NCBI GenBank assembly: GCA_964607235.1
Contig: CAZSJU010000004.1
Span: 1 to 34,898, forward strand
Reading direction: 5' to 3'
DNA length: 34,898 nt
DNA from: an uncultured Anaerolineae bacterium
GTDB taxonomy: Bacteria; Chloroflexota; Anaerolineae; S140-20
The notes beneath the pieces were generated by a model. The model ran no database searches. It was not told where the DNA came from and saw only the letters and a list, made by a program, of their open reading frames with translations. The number at the start of each line of letters is the position of its first letter. The first letter of the stretch is position 1. Both the position numbers and the translations under genes were made by a program. Shown here in pieces: positions 1 to 7,275 of this stretch.

Positions 1-18
1 AACTCCAAAGGTGCTTAC

Positions 19-47
19 ATTATACATGAAAATGCAGGATGTGTCAA
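19..47 (-). promoter_or_regulatory. sigma70-type promoter firing leftwards out of the window
   Basis: Minus strand reads TTGACA (47->42), a 17-nt spacer, then TATAAT (24->19), a perfect consensus. GGAG (6->3) follows, so a minus-strand gene probably starts just beyond position 1. Confidence 0.6.
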
Positions 48-91
48 TAGTTTATATACAAAAAGTTATACAATATAATATGATCGTCGCG

Positions 92-610
92 TTATTGCGC
101 TTCATCAAGGTGTTCGGCACGGATATGCCCCAGCGTGCGATGCTCCTCCCCCAGCGCCGTCTGTTCCACGAGGCCCTTGAGCGTCGCAAAGGAAACGTCC
201 ACGCCCGCCTGTTGGAATTGCGCCAGGGCTAAACGAAGGTCTTCGTATTCGGCTTTGACCGAGATGACCTTTCCCGCCTGGTCGAGGACTTTTTTGGTGC
301 GGACGGACGTTTGCACCGGTCCTCTAGCATTTTGCGCGGTCAGTCGCATTTGTTGGACCCGGTACTCGAAACGGATGTGGTCGGGGTCAAAGACGCGGAT
401 GCCGAGCGTGCCCAACTCACTGGCCAAAAAGCCGCCCAGCGCCTCAACGCATGCTTGGGGCGCGTCAACAAAGAATAAAAACTCCAGGCGGCCTTTTTTG
501 GTGATGGCCTGCACGACGTGCGCGCTCTTGGCGCCGCGGGCCATCAATCCCTCGATGACGTGCGGGATCGCTTCACCGGATAGATCGTCTACGTTCACTA
601 AAAGTAACAT
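92..610 (-). CDS. LarC C-terminal-domain-like protein (DUF111 fragment, stand-alone 'LarC2')
   Basis: 172-aa ORF with ATG at 610. The motif order VNVDDLSGE .. AITKKGR .. ELGTLGIRVF .. VKAEYEDLRLALAQ matches the generic pattern of the C-terminal half of LarC/DUF111 nickel-insertion proteins (xNxDDxxxE .. QMKKxRP .. TTxGVR .. KPEYEDC). The pattern is recalled from memory. No LarC N-terminal half is present. Confidence 0.6.
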   Translation of the reverse strand: MLLLVNVDDLSGEAIPHVIEGLMARGAKSAHVVQAITKKGRLEFLFFVDAPQACVEALGGFLASELGTLGIRVFDPDHIRFEYRVQQMRLTAQNARGPVQTSVRTKKVLDQAGKVISVKAEYEDLRLALAQFQQAGVDVSFATLKGLVEQTALGEEHRTLGHIRAEHLDEAQ

Positions 611-647
611 GGTTCAATCCAAATTCCAGAACGCCTTGTTCTGAATG

Positions 648-674
648 CAGGGGCGCAGCGTCGCTGCGCCCCTG
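648..674. repeat. 27-nt GC-rich near-perfect palindrome between two co-directional genes
   Basis: CAGGGGCGCAGCG-T-CGCTGCGCCCCTG with 13-nt arms. There is no U-tract on either strand, so it is not a canonical intrinsic terminator. It lies between the stop of the 595-aa gene (717) and the LarC-like start (610). Confidence 0.6.
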
Positions 675-716
675 ACCATAAACTGAATCGTGTCGTTTGA
701 ATAGTGACAGGGAGCG

Positions 717-2504
717 CTATCCTTCGACGTTCAAGTCCTTCAGGATGCGCACGGCCAAGCGGGCTACTTCACGGGCCGTTTCCTTGGCGCCAGGGATGGA
801 GCAGGTGATCTTGGCGGATTTTTCCGCCTTCTTGCCGGCATCCTTCCAGCTATACTTGCCCATCGCCGCAGCGACCACAGCAGGCACGACCGCGTCGATG
901 GTGCAGCAACCCACGTACATCAGTTCCTGGGCCACCGCCGCTGCCACGGTGATCGGCAGAGACAGTTCGGACTTTTTGTTAATGACGGCGTCGGGGATCA
1001 CCTTGTGGCTTAGTCCCTCGAACACAAACTCTTGCCCGTCAATCGTCACCACGGCGTCGATATCCGCGTCAAAGCCCCAGAAGGATTGGGCAAAGGGATG
1101 CTCGCGGCGCGCGCCGCCTTCCAGCTTGGTGAAATGGACGCCGATCTCTTTGCCAAAGAAAAAGCTCAGGATCTTGCCCGCGTTTTCTTCTACCCTGGCC
1201 TTGCGCGCCTGGTCTAGCGCCTGGCAGATATCTTTCAGGTCCTTGCCCGCGCTGAGGGCGTCATAAGCGTACCGGGCGCGGGCATAGAGTGCGTTGGCCC
1301 GGATGCCGTCGGTAGCCTTGATGATGCTCTCGCTGACCGGGCCACGGCGGATTTGTTCCGCCTTGCGGGCGACCGTGTTGGTCGAAAAGGCTGCCACCTC
1401 GGGGTCAATCCACTGTGTGAGCTTGACTTCCCGGACAATGTCGGCCACAGCTTCGACGTCGCCTTTGTGGTCGATCAACGCGTTCATGGCGATGACACAG
1501 TCGGCCGCCAGGTGGGCCAATGGCGGATTGACGGGGCCGCCGCCAAATCCGGCGCCGATCATCGGGCTTTCCATAAAGGCCGCCAGCATCTCGTTCACGG
1601 TCATCATGCCGATGACCGAAGGCGCACCGACGTCCTTGAGGATCATCCCCATGCCGCCGATAAAAGAGGCGGTATCATATTCTTTGCCCGTGCCGCGCAA
1701 GTGCAGCTTTTCGGGCAGCCCGGCAGCCTCGGCGGCGCCTTTGCCGGCCAGGTAGCCAGTGCCCTGGGTAAAGAATTCGCCATACTCGGCGCCGATCATC
1801 CCGTCAGGGTTGATGACCTCTAACACTGCGGCAGCGGCGAGCATCGCGCACTGGATAGGGCTGGGCGAGATGCCGGCGCCACGATAAGCCTTCATCATTG
1901 ACTCTACCGCGACTTTTGTGCCTTTGGTGCACAGGTCGATATAGACCATATCCTCACCCAGCACACTGTGGCCCATCGGCGCGCCACCCGCGACAAAGGC
2001 AGGCACGTCTGCGCCATCGATGCGGACCACCTCGCCCTTCATCATGGCATCGTAGAGCCCCTGGACGGCAGCAAAGCCGGACAACTTGTTGGTCAATTTT
2101 GAGGTGGGTATGGCTGTCACACCTGCACGGCCAACACCGGCCTTCATACGCGCCATGGCGCCCAACTTGCGGTTGCCGGCGGGGACGCCCGCCCGAGAAG
2201 CCGAGCCGGCAATAAGCAGCAGCGTGGCGGTGATGAGCGCCGCGTTCGCCGGAAAGGCACCCGCTTCCATCGCGGCTTTGACGCCCACTTCTACCACGTG
2301 GTCCAGCGGCAATTTTTCAAGGTTCGCGTCGGTCAACGAGATATCGCGACCCTGCAAGATCTCCCACGTCATCGCGTTGGCGGCGCTTATCGCTGCCAGG
2401 TTCAACATGCCGTGTCCCTTGGTCAGGGCCTCGATCCGGTCGCTGGTGCTATACTCGACGTTTGAAGCCATTGCCATAAGAGTGGCTACAATCTCTTGTT
2501 CCAT
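717..2504 (-). CDS. conserved-looking protein of unknown function, 595 aa, Gly/Ala-rich
   Basis: Long ORF. I prefer the ATG at 2504 because GGAGGTG (2517->2511) sits 6 nt upstream; the track start at 2519 is a TTG. I could not recognise any family signature. Notable strings are [20 protein letters not shown] and YVGCCTID. Confidence 0.85.
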   Translation of the reverse strand: MEQEIVATLMAMASNVEYSTSDRIEALTKGHGMLNLAAISAANAMTWEILQGRDISLTDANLEKLPLDHVVEVGVKAAMEAGAFPANAALITATLLLIAGSASRAGVPAGNRKLGAMARMKAGVGRAGVTAIPTSKLTNKLSGFAAVQGLYDAMMKGEVVRIDGADVPAFVAGGAPMGHSVLGEDMVYIDLCTKGTKVAVESMMKAYRGAGISPSPIQCAMLAAAAVLEVINPDGMIGAEYGEFFTQGTGYLAGKGAAEAAGLPEKLHLRGTGKEYDTASFIGGMGMILKDVGAPSVIGMMTVNEMLAAFMESPMIGAGFGGGPVNPPLAHLAADCVIAMNALIDHKGDVEAVADIVREVKLTQWIDPEVAAFSTNTVARKAEQIRRGPVSESIIKATDGIRANALYARARYAYDALSAGKDLKDICQALDQARKARVEENAGKILSFFFGKEIGVHFTKLEGGARREHPFAQSFWGFDADIDAVVTIDGQEFVFEGLSHKVIPDAVINKKSELSLPITVAAAVAQELMYVGCCTIDAVVPAVVAAAMGKYSWKDAGKKAEKSAKITCSIPGAKETAREVARLAVRILKDLNVEG

Positions 2505-2771
2505 TGTCAACACCTCCAAGTGTTTTTGATCAGGCTTTCAGAGCCTTGAGATTCTTGAACGCTTGTCAAACAGATTAGAATGTGTAGGCTATAGTTTTGT
2601 GTTTGGGTATCACCTCCACTGCGCATTGATTGAGCAATCTGAGCGTCTGGACGCTGACTTGCGGCAACTCGGCTGTGTTGGGATAGATGTCAGATTAGGC
2701 CAAGGACGCACAAATTCATATCGGGTGAGAAAAATAACACAAATTTGAAAAAGGGGGAAAACAAACTAAAC

Positions 2772-2813
2772 CGCTCCTGTCCAAAACCAATCATACACAG
2801 GAGCGCGTTTTTT
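2772..2813. terminator. 9-bp-stem hairpin with U-tracts on both strands (bidirectional terminator and/or operator)
   Basis: CGCTCCTGT (2772-2780), a 16-nt loop, then ACAGGAGCG (2797-2805). On the plus strand it is followed by CG+TTTTTT, and on the minus strand by G+TTTAGTTTGTTTT. It lies downstream of the PocR regulator gene and overlaps the promoter at 2790-2818. Confidence 0.5.
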
Positions 2814-2818
2814 GTCAA
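2790..2818 (-). promoter_or_regulatory. sigma70-type promoter for the 595-aa gene
   Basis: Minus strand TTGACA (2818->2813), 17 nt, TATGAT (2795->2790). The predicted TSS near 2783 gives a ~280-nt 5' leader before the ATG at 2504. Confidence 0.6.
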
Positions 2819-2918
2819 TAGAAAACTATTGCAAGTTATTGAGATTTGTAGCGATTTATGGAAAGAAGAAAAAGAGTAAAAGCGCTCTTCTAAAGGGTGC
2901 GGGGTGGCAAGAGAGTGA

Positions 2919-3665
2919 CTAATCTGTAACGATATGGGCGATATGGTGCAGTTTGCGCAGCAGAGAGAGCCGTTCTTGTCCGATGTTGGCCAACGTTTCC
3001 CCGGTGCGTTCGAGCAGGTGTGTCAGTTGTTCAGCACGTTCCGCGCTGAGCGAGCGCACAGAGAGCAGCGCGGCACGCAACTGCCCCGAGTTGAACCCAC
3101 AAGCTGCTTCCAGCGCGTCGACTCTGGCGCCGACCGTTTCCCGGTCGGCATCTATCACGATTTGGCCGGCAAAGATCATCGCGACGAATTGTTTTTCCAA
3201 TTCTATGCGGCCCCGGGCGTACAACAGCCCGGCGTGGCACTGGTGTAGTTGGGGCACGGGTTTTTCCTGATGGGCCAGGGTCCGCCAAGAATCGACGCAG
3301 CGTCGATGTCCCTCAGAGTTGCCCAAGACGAGGTCGCAAAACGCGCACGAGTTGCAAGGTGGACCTAGAGGCTGTCCATCCAAACGGGTCAACACAGAAC
3401 CGACGCCCATCGCCTCGGCAAAGATCGCTTGTGCCGACTTGACGCTTTCAAGGGAAAGCGTCTCGGTAGAAGGCTGCTCGGTTGGGCAGCAAGTTTGTGG
3501 CCGTTGTGTTCCAAGCCAGGCTATAATCTCTGGTTTTGAGAAGCGCCATTGTCCGCCTACCTTAAAGCCCGGCAACCGGCCCTCTTTTAGCATATGATAG
3601 AGGGTAGTGCGGTCGACCCGCAAGAACTCTTCGAGTTCGCGGGTGGTCATTAATTCATTCGACAT
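2919..3665 (-). CDS. transcriptional regulator, excisionase/MerR-type HTH fused to a PocR sensory domain
   Basis: The N-terminus TTRELEEFLRVDRTTLYHMLKEGRLPGFKVGGQWRF is an excisionase-family HTH. The C-terminal part has the PocR pattern (CxxCAFC .. C .. QCHAGLLYARGRI..FVAMIFAGQ). The ATG at 3665 has GGAGA 6 nt upstream. The alternative ATG at 3680 would be leaderless. Confidence 0.8.
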   Translation of the reverse strand: MSNELMTTRELEEFLRVDRTTLYHMLKEGRLPGFKVGGQWRFSKPEIIAWLGTQRPQTCCPTEQPSTETLSLESVKSAQAIFAEAMGVGSVLTRLDGQPLGPPCNSCAFCDLVLGNSEGHRRCVDSWRTLAHQEKPVPQLHQCHAGLLYARGRIELEKQFVAMIFAGQIVIDADRETVGARVDALEAACGFNSGQLRAALLSVRSLSAERAEQLTHLLERTGETLANIGQERLSLLRKLHHIAHIVTD

Positions 3666-3685
3666 GACAAATCTCCTCATTGTTC

Positions 3686-3713
3686 ATTTTATCACTTTCC
3701 CATCTTTTTTCAA
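3686..3713 (-). promoter_or_regulatory. sigma70-type promoter (extended -10) for the PocR regulator gene
   Basis: Minus strand TTGAAA (3713->3708), 16 nt, TGaTAAAAT (-10 hexamer at 3691->3686). Confidence 0.5.
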
Positions 3714-3755
3714 TGGGTAAATCGAGGGATTGGGTGGATTTCCGGTTCGGCAACA

Positions 3756-3784
3756 TTGCGCAACAGACCGATAACGGATACAAT
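3756..3784 (+). promoter_or_regulatory. sigma70-type promoter for hom
   Basis: TTGCGC (3756-3761), 17 nt, TACAAT (3779-3784), located 33 nt upstream of the hom ATG. Confidence 0.5.
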
Positions 3785-3816
3785 CCATATCAAGGTTGAT
3801 CAAGGAGGGAAAAAAG

Positions 3817-4854
3817 ATGAAACTAGGCTTGGCAGTTTTGGGTTTTGGTAATGTAGGAAGAGCTTTTGCTCGATTGTTGCTGCGCAAGGCTCCCGCATTG
3901 GCCTCCGATTATGATTTACAGTTATCGGTGACGGGGATCATGACCGCGCGCCACGGCAGCGCCATTGACGCAACCGGCATTGATCTGCAACAGGCGCTAG
4001 CGTTGGCGGCGTCCGGCGCCCCATTGGACGTGCTGTCCACCACTCCACCGCCGGACGATAGCTTGTTATTCTTGCACGCGTGCCCGGCGGATGTCTTGAT
4101 AGAGCTGACGCCCATTAATTTAAAAGACGGCGAACCGGCCGTCAGCCACGTGCGGATGGCGTTGGAAAAAGGGATGCATGTCGTCAGCGCCAACAAGGGA
4201 CCATTGGCCTTTGCCTGCCACGAGTTGCGTGACCTGGCCGCGTCACAAGGTCGCGGGTTTTTGTTCGAAGCCACAGTGATGGATGGTGCACCGGTCCTGG
4301 GCGTGGCGCGGGTGGGACTACCTGCAGCGCGGGTGCTGGGCTTTCGCGGTGTGTTCAACAGCACCACCAATTATATCTTGACCCAGATGGAGACCGGCGT
4401 GTCTTTTGACGAGGCCGTGCGTGCGGCTCAGGCGATGGGCATTGCCGAGACTGACCCTAGCGCCGATGTCGACGGATGGGATGCGACGGTCAAGACGGTG
4501 GTACTGGCCAATGTGCTGCTGGGCGCTGACCTGCGCCCGATCGACGTCGACCGCACCGGCATCCGTGACCTGACGCCGGCGGATTTGCAAGCGGCGTGTG
4601 AACGGGGGGAGCGCATCAAGCTGCTTTGCCAGGCTGAGCGCGAGGGCTCAAGCGGCGGCTGCGTGGCCCGCGTCGCTCCCATGCCTGTGCCGATTTCGGA
4701 CCCGCTGGCCAGCCTGGGCGGCACGTCCAGCATGATCACGCTAGAGACGGACACGCTCAAGCAACTCAGCCTGATCGAGTTTGAGCCACAACCCGCCCAG
4801 ACCGCCTATGGTTTGTTGGCCGACTTGGTCAACCTGGCCCGTGGCTGGTACTGA
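3817..4854 (+). CDS. hom: homoserine dehydrogenase (short form, no ACT domain)
   Basis: 345 aa from the ATG at 3817, with AGGAGG at 3804-3809. Motifs: GFGNVGRAF (NAD fold), VVSANKGPLA, FEATVMDGAPV, NSTTNYIL, and AETDPSADVDGWDATVK (catalytic D/K region). Confidence 0.8.
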   Translation: MKLGLAVLGFGNVGRAFARLLLRKAPALASDYDLQLSVTGIMTARHGSAIDATGIDLQQALALAASGAPLDVLSTTPPPDDSLLFLHACPADVLIELTPINLKDGEPAVSHVRMALEKGMHVVSANKGPLAFACHELRDLAASQGRGFLFEATVMDGAPVLGVARVGLPAARVLGFRGVFNSTTNYILTQMETGVSFDEAVRAAQAMGIAETDPSADVDGWDATVKTVVLANVLLGADLRPIDVDRTGIRDLTPADLQAACERGERIKLLCQAEREGSSGGCVARVAPMPVPISDPLASLGGTSSMITLETDTLKQLSLIEFEPQPAQTAYGLLADLVNLARGWY

Positions 4855-4863
4855 ACGGCGGGA

Positions 4864-6981
4864 TCAGGGCATCTCTTCCAGGCGATAAAAATAGTGCGCC
4901 GCTTCAGTGGTGACGGGCGCCAGACCGGAAACCAGCAACACCGCATGGTCAGCCTCGGCCAGCGCGAGGGGCCAATGGGCGGTCTGGTCCGTGCGCAAGG
5001 GTAGTCTTTGCACCGTTGTCTCGGCGCCAAAGGTAATGAGCTGCACCAGGTGTCCCTGCGGCACATAGTTGTTGATCCGCACAAAACCCTCGGCATGCCA
5101 ACCGTGCTCGTCCTGCTCTACGTCATCCAGGTAGTCGAGTTCGAGAATAGCGACGTCATCAATCGCCCAACCCGGGTTGTTCAGCGCGTCGTCCGTGACG
5201 TACTCAAAGCGTACCTGTAGCTGCTGACCTGCGTACGCGCTCAAATCAATCTGCTCCTCAATCCAGGTAGGGCCGCCGCCACTATAGCCTGTGTAGCCCC
5301 AGCCAAAGTTGTTGCCGTTAGGGTTACTGTCGGTGGTTGAAGGACCGCTCAGGATCTGCCAGGTGGCCCCGTCGTTGTTAGAGACCTGCACATAGCCATA
5401 GTCCCAGTCGCTCTCAATGTCATACCACGTCCAAAAGCTCAGCGTGGCTTGATTCAGGTCACTCAGGTCAAAGGTCTGCGTCAGTCGCATGTTACTGTCG
5501 TCACCCCGGTTAGCGTACCAGAAATAGTCACCACTGTAGGCCTGCGTATCGACCAGGCGCGCCCGCGTGTTACCGTAAAAGTCCAAAGTGAGGTCGCGCC
5601 CGCCCGCCAGGTAAATATAGTCCACGCCATACTGGGAGACGTCGGTCATCCGCTCAATCGGATAATCATTATGCTGGGCATCCAGCCTGGGTTGTGGTGT
5701 GTCTATTTGCTCGTAACCAAACTGCCCATCCGCCAGTTCAGGGGCATCCAGATACGAGGCGACCACCCAATCTGCAAAGACGTCTGTGAACGTCAACCCG
5801 GTGCCGCTTTCAGCCAGCACCGCGTCAATGCTGGCGATGCCGTTGGCCGGATGTCTCACCACGGCCTGGGTCATCGTCTCGCCAAAACGATCCATCAAAT
5901 AGGTCGCGAACAGAAAAGAGGCCCCGTAATGGGCCGAGCGGGAACTGTCGTCGGACCAGGTGTTGAGCTGTGTGTCGGGCCGCTGCGCCCAGGCGTACTC
6001 GCTGCCCCCCGGATCAAAACCATTAATCAGCGAGGCCAGCTCTGACATGGCTTCATTCAGCCAGGTCTCCTCGTTGCGATCCTGGTGCCAGTGAATCATG
6101 TGCTGGAACTCGTGGGCCAGGGTGCCCAGGTAAAAGTCAGAGCCCACGCTGGCATTGTCCGCATTGATGTAAAACATCTCCGTCTGGTTCGAGTCAGGGC
6201 GCACCTCAGCCGTGTACTGGTCGGCGCTCCAGTAATAGCCCGCCACACCTGAGCCGATCTGCCGGGCGTGTAACACGCTCAGGTGCGGGTCACCGTCTAT
6301 ACCTGGGGTGTTCTCGCTGCCGAAAAAGGCGCGGTTGGTGGGGTAAATGTCCCGCTCAAAGGTCTCGGCGGCCTGCGCCAACCGGTCTTGATTGATGTTG
6401 ACGCCGCGTTCGACCCACATGTATAGATGCTCGGTCTTGTAAAGCAACTCTGCTTCGACCAGCAGGATCTCTTGATTGTCGTCGTCATGCACTCTAAAAG
6501 TGCGGAGCGTGCCAACCGGATAATCGGGCGAGACGTCGCCGATGGTCTCCGGCACGTCGGGGCGCACGCCGCGTAGGCGTATGGCCAGGCTGCGCAGATC
6601 CCGCACCGGCACCTCGTGGGTGGCCAGTGACATGGCGCTGTACAAATCGTCTGCCGAGACGGGCTGGCGCATTAACGTCACATCTTGGGGAAGCGGCGGC
6701 GGCGCCTGTACCGTTTCCTGGGGCGTTTCCACAGTGGGCGAAGCGCTGGGTTCGGCGTTGTTCTGAAGGCCCGACTTGTCAGACGGCGATTCGCTCGTAG
6801 GGGGAGCCGGTGACGGTGACGGCGTCGGGGTCAGTGTTGGCGACCTTGGTGTGACGCTTGGCATCGCCACGGTCAGGGTGACCGTAGGCGTTGGCGCCTC
6901 TTCTTGCAATCGTGCAGTCAGGGCACAGCCCAGCAGCGCAAAGGTGAATAGAATGGACAGAAAAAACTTTTGTTTTGACAT
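4864..6981 (-). CDS. secreted lipoprotein zinc metallopeptidase (HExxH..E gluzincin) with InhA/MAM-like C-terminal beta domain
   Basis: I start at the ATG at 6981 (MSKQKFFLSILFTFALLGC), giving a signal peptide plus LLGC lipobox, followed by a Pro/Thr/Ser-rich linker. Other motifs: HEFQHMIHW..NEAMSE, and a C-terminal WQIL..DLSAYAGQQLQVRFEYVTDD..GWAIDDV pattern. Confidence 0.7.
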   Translation of the reverse strand: MSKQKFFLSILFTFALLGCALTARLQEEAPTPTVTLTVAMPSVTPRSPTLTPTPSPSPAPPTSESPSDKSGLQNNAEPSASPTVETPQETVQAPPPLPQDVTLMRQPVSADDLYSAMSLATHEVPVRDLRSLAIRLRGVRPDVPETIGDVSPDYPVGTLRTFRVHDDDNQEILLVEAELLYKTEHLYMWVERGVNINQDRLAQAAETFERDIYPTNRAFFGSENTPGIDGDPHLSVLHARQIGSGVAGYYWSADQYTAEVRPDSNQTEMFYINADNASVGSDFYLGTLAHEFQHMIHWHQDRNEETWLNEAMSELASLINGFDPGGSEYAWAQRPDTQLNTWSDDSSRSAHYGASFLFATYLMDRFGETMTQAVVRHPANGIASIDAVLAESGTGLTFTDVFADWVVASYLDAPELADGQFGYEQIDTPQPRLDAQHNDYPIERMTDVSQYGVDYIYLAGGRDLTLDFYGNTRARLVDTQAYSGDYFWYANRGDDSNMRLTQTFDLSDLNQATLSFWTWYDIESDWDYGYVQVSNNDGATWQILSGPSTTDSNPNGNNFGWGYTGYSGGGPTWIEEQIDLSAYAGQQLQVRFEYVTDDALNNPGWAIDDVAILELDYLDDVEQDEHGWHAEGFVRINNYVPQGHLVQLITFGAETTVQRLPLRTDQTAHWPLALAEADHAVLLVSGLAPVTTEAAHYFYRLEEMP

Positions 6982-7016
6982 GGTCTGACTCGCTTGTGGT
7001 ATACAGATTTTAAAAG

Positions 7017-7045
7017 ATGATAGCACACTTGAGGGAGAGGGTCAA
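7017..7045 (-). promoter_or_regulatory. sigma70-type promoter (extended -10) for the metallopeptidase gene
   Basis: Minus strand TTGACC (7045->7040), 17 nt ending in TGc, TATCAT (7022->7017). Confidence 0.5.
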
Positions 7046-7060
7046 CAAGGTGTGGAAATT

Positions 7061-7099
7061 ACAAACAAAAAGGGGCGTTATCAGCATGACAACGCCCCT
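7061..7099 (-). terminator. Rho-independent terminator after tRNA-Sec
   Basis: On the minus strand: AGGGGCGTT (7099->7091), an 11-nt loop, AACGCCCCT (7079->7071), then TTTTGTTTGT (7070->7061). It starts 8 nt after the tRNA 3' end. Confidence 0.7.
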
Positions 7100-7106
7100 G
7101 GACGTT

Positions 7107-7205
7107 TGGCGGGAGTGGATGGGAGTCGAACCCACCAGAGCTGGTTCTGCACCACCTCTCAGCGGTTTTGAAGACCGTGGAGCCCACCAGGACTCAACCA
7201 CCCCC
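7107..7205 (-). tRNA. selC: tRNA-Sec (anticodon UCA), CCA encoded
   Basis: The 99-nt minus-strand sequence is GGGGGTGG-TT-GAGTCC-TGGT-GGGCTC-CACGGT-CTTCAAA-ACCGcTG-AGAGGTGGT-GCAGA-ACCAGCTCT-G-GTGGG-TTCGACT-CCCAT-CCACTCCC-G-CCA. It has an 8-bp acceptor stem plus a 5-bp T stem (the bacterial 8/5 Sec fold). It also has a 6-bp D stem with a 4-nt loop, a 6-bp anticodon stem, a U33-UCA-A37 loop, a 9-bp extra arm and discriminator G73. Confidence 0.9.
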
Positions 7206-7215
7206 CTATGCCTTT

Positions 7216-7244
7216 AGGATACTCGGATTAGGCCTATTCGTCAA
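7216..7244 (-). promoter_or_regulatory. sigma70-type promoter for tRNA-Sec
   Basis: Minus strand TTGACG (7244->7239), 17 nt, TATCCT (7221->7216). The -10 ends 10 nt before the mature tRNA 5' end. Confidence 0.55.
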
Positions 7245-7275
7245 GTCGTTTGTTTTTGCATCCTCGCGGGCGCAA

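Noticed and set aside
135-1266. 169-aa and 189-aa plus-strand ORFs antisense to the LarC-like and 595-aa genes
   Set aside because: These are shadow frames with Ser/Ala/Arg/Thr-rich composition, lying opposite ORFs with good SDs and coherent protein-like sequence.
2563-2748. 61-aa plus-strand ORF (TTG start) in the intergenic leader region, possibly ended by the plus-strand terminator at 2772-2813
   Set aside because: It has no SD and a TTG start, and only a poor plus-strand promoter (TTGAAC-N15-TAGAAT). An antisense small RNA cannot be excluded, but I cannot support it from sequence alone.
7107-7205. Alternative reading of the long tRNA as a type-II tRNA-Ser/Leu, or as an island integration site
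   Set aside because: The UCA anticodon with U33/A37, the 8+5 acceptor/T geometry and the 6-bp D stem with 4-nt loop are specific to Sec. I noticed no integrase, no phage gene and no duplicated tRNA 3' segment in the flanks.
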